Shown here: positions 21,747 to 24,373 of the stretch, in pieces
How positions within the stretch are numbered: the stretch's first letter is position 1
Layout of the letters: every line of letters begins with the position of its first letter
Assembly (NCBI RefSeq): GCF_006345805.1
Contig: NW_021836423.1
Span: 1 to 24,373 of the forward strand
Origin: Octopus sinensis
Taxonomy: Eukaryota
Direction of reading: 5' to 3'
Length of the DNA: 24,373 bases
Made by a program: the position numbers and the translations under genes
Notes under the pieces: generated by a model
The model's database searches: none
Told to the model about the DNA's origin: nothing
The model's input: only the letters and a program-made list of their open reading frames with translations

Positions 21747-22153
21747 TCTTTTACTCTCTTACTCTTTTACTTGTTTCAGTCATTTGACTGCGGCCATGGA
21801 GCACCACCTTTAATCGAGCAACTCGACCCCGGGACTTACTCTTTTGTAAGCCCAGTACTTATTCTATCAGTCTATTTTGCCGAACCGCTAAGTAACGGGG
21901 ACATAAACACACCAGCATCGGTTGTCAAGCAATGCTAGGGAGACAAACACAGACACACAAACACACCACACGCATATATATATACATATATACGACGGCT
22001 TCTTTCAGTTTCCGTCTACCAAATGCACTCACAAGGCTTTGGTCAGCCCGAGGATATAGTAGAAGACACATGCCCAAGGTGCCACGCAGTGGGACTGAAC
22101 CCGGAACCATGTTGGTTTGTTCAGCAAGCTACTTACCACACAGCCACTCCTGC
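21745..22153 (-). mobile_element. SINE family A, full length, between two (TA)n tracts
   Basis: Colinear with 11656-12073. Confidence 0.95.
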
Positions 22154-22156
22154 TAT

Positions 22157-22237
<81 letters not shown>

Positions 22238-22244
22238 AATAAAC

Positions 22245-22304
<60 letters not shown>

Positions 22305-22474
22305 GGATAGATAGATACGTGTGAGTACATGTGCATCTGCATATATCTATGCATCTATACTCATATATATACATGTGCGTGCAGAGGGAAAGAGTGGTAG
22401 GAATAGAGAGAGAGAGCTGTAGAGGGAGAGGGAGAGAGAGAGAGAGAGAGAGAGGGAGAGTATGTGAGAGAGAG
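22154..22474. repeat. (TA)n-(GA)n-(GATA)n compound microsatellite
   Basis: Direct reading. Confidence 0.85.
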
Positions 22475-22759
22475 AGGGGTAGAGATAGATTCATATTCGG
22501 GAAAGAGAGACGGAAAAAGAGGCGGTGGCAGGAAGAAAGTGAGACGGAAGCTGCGGGAATGTGAGGGACAAAGAGAATTTGGCTTCATAATTCCATTTGT
22601 ATTGCAATTTGTATAAATATGTTAATTTTATTGCTGCTTGTGTGGGAAATAAATCTTCAATTAATATTGCACTTGTTCTGTTTATATAGCTTTCGGCAAA
22701 ACACTGCTAATAATAATACTGCTGTCGATGGTTGTGGTGACGGTGGTGATGTAGTACAT

Positions 22760-23240
22760 CCACCACCACCACCACCACTACTGCTACTACTTCTACTACT
22801 ACTACTACTACTACTACTATTAATACTACTACTAATACTACTATTAATACTACTACTATTAATACTACTAATACTATTAATACTACTACTACTATTAATA
22901 CTACTACTATTAATACTACTACTACTACTATTAATACTAATACTGCTACTATTAATACTACTACTACTACTACTACTATTAATACTACTACTAATACTAT
23001 TAATACTACTACTATTACTATTAATGCTACTACTACTACAACTATTACTACTACTACTACTACTACTATTAATACTACTACTACTACTATTAATACTAAT
23101 ACTGCTACTATTAATACTACTACTACTACTACTACTACTATTAATACTACTACTAATACTATTAATACTACTACTATTACTATTAATACTACTACTACTA
23201 CAACTATTAATACTGCTACTACTACTACTATTACTATTAA

Positions 23241-23277
<37 letters not shown>
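22760..23277. repeat. (CAC)n then (CTA)n with periodic TTAATA interruptions
   Basis: Direct reading; source of the spurious 223-aa poly-Leu ORF. Confidence 0.95.
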
Positions 23278-23513
23278 GTTCTGTTTCTAATTTTTCATCA
23301 ATAGGCTCATTTTTAACGTTTTTTCTCCCTACAATCCCGAACGTGGGTCTTCGGGCCTTATATATATGTGTGTATTGTTTCGTGACAATTATATTTCGTG
23401 CACATTGACAAGTCCTCAGGTTTTTGGTTGCGTATTTGTCTGGGGTTCTTTTGTTTTGTTTTGTTTTGTTTTTTGTCTTTTTACCATTCCTAGTTTTCTG
23501 GTTAATATTTGCT

Positions 23514-23783
23514 TCTTTTACTCTCTTTTACTCTTTTGTTTCAGTTATTTGACTGCGGCCATGCTAGAGCATCGCCTTTAGTCGAACAAATCGACAACAT
23601 CGCTAATTCTTTGTAAGCGTAGTATTTATTCTATCGATTTCTTTTGCCGAACCAATAAGTTATGGTGACATAAACACACCAGCATCGGTTGTCAAGCGAT
23701 GGTGGGGTGTACGAAAACAGACACGCAAACATGTCACATATATATACATGTGTATATATATATATATATATACATACACATAC

Positions 23784-23856
<73 letters not shown>

Positions 23857-24002
23857 CGACGAGTTTCTTTCAGTTTCCGTCTACCAAATTCACTCACAAG
23901 GCTTTGGTTGGCTCGAGGCTATAGTAGAAGACACTTACCCGGCAGAACCCGGAACCATGTGGTTGGTAAACAAGCTACTTGCCACACAGCCGCTTTGCGC
24001 CT
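23514..24002 (-). mobile_element. SINE family A, near full length, expanded central microsatellite
   Basis: Colinear with other copies, with a small deletion in the head. Confidence 0.9.
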
Positions 24003-24045
24003 ATAATATATATATATATATATATACACACATACACACCCGGGG

Positions 24046-24146
24046 GACGGTTTCTTTCAATTTCTATCTATTAAATCCACTTACACGGCTCCGGTCGGCC
24101 TGTGGTTGCCAAGCAAGGTACTTGCCACACAGCCACTCCTGCGCCT
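24046..24146 (-). mobile_element. SINE family A, 5' half with internal deletion
   Basis: gacggtttctttcaatttc...ccacacagccactcctgcgcct. Confidence 0.75.
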
Positions 24147-24373
24147 GTAGCAAGCTACACATACTGTTTATTTAAATTAATCTCAATATATTAATATTTT
24201 AATAGTTTTCTAAACTCGTTTGGAGTAATGTTTTGGTCGGATGTGTTCACTTTAATTATCAGCATTCAGTCCTTGTCCTTACATACGATATCTGAAAGGT
24301 TAGCCTTGATTTTCTCCACCAGTTTGTATAGGTATGTATCACATGATAGCAACTAAGTTTTTTCTCATGCAGT

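Noticed and set aside
22619-23290. 223-aa poly-Leu ORF and the other long low-complexity ORFs (MYVC, YIYI, poly-G/V/I)
   Set aside because: Translations of microsatellites, with no domain content

Overview
AT-rich, microsatellite-dense eukaryotic intronic/intergenic DNA. It is most likely from an octopus (inferred from the SINE families and simple-repeat load, recognised from memory, not from a search). No complete protein-coding gene is present, and nearly all ORFs in the track are microsatellite or SINE read-throughs. Interspersed content: about 10 copies or fragments of a ~400-480 bp tRNA-headed SINE (family A), about 5 of a ~230 bp SINE (family B), and a 5'-truncated R4/Dong-type LINE end inside (TAA)n. 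Main discovery: 18565-19882 is an array of a ~360-bp non-coding monomer carrying a type I hammerhead ribozyme. It has two partial-to-full copies on the minus strand and about 2.1 on the plus strand, joined as a fold-back. The intact copy (19615-19656, +) has the compensatory U3:A8 core (UUGAAAA instead of CUGAnGA), a palindromic ACGCGU stem III and a GUC cleavage triplet. This is the architecture of a retrozyme/Penelope-associated self-cleaving, possibly circRNA-producing element. Two further decayed or partial hammerheads occur at 15810 and 20882-20908. Other candidates: a zero-length-exon (recursive) splice site at 17009/17010, a 15-nt microexon at 18039-18053, and a pre-miRNA-sized hairpin at 13706-13778. 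Caveat: indel-type differences between array copies and the fold-back geometry could partly be long-read assembly artefacts.
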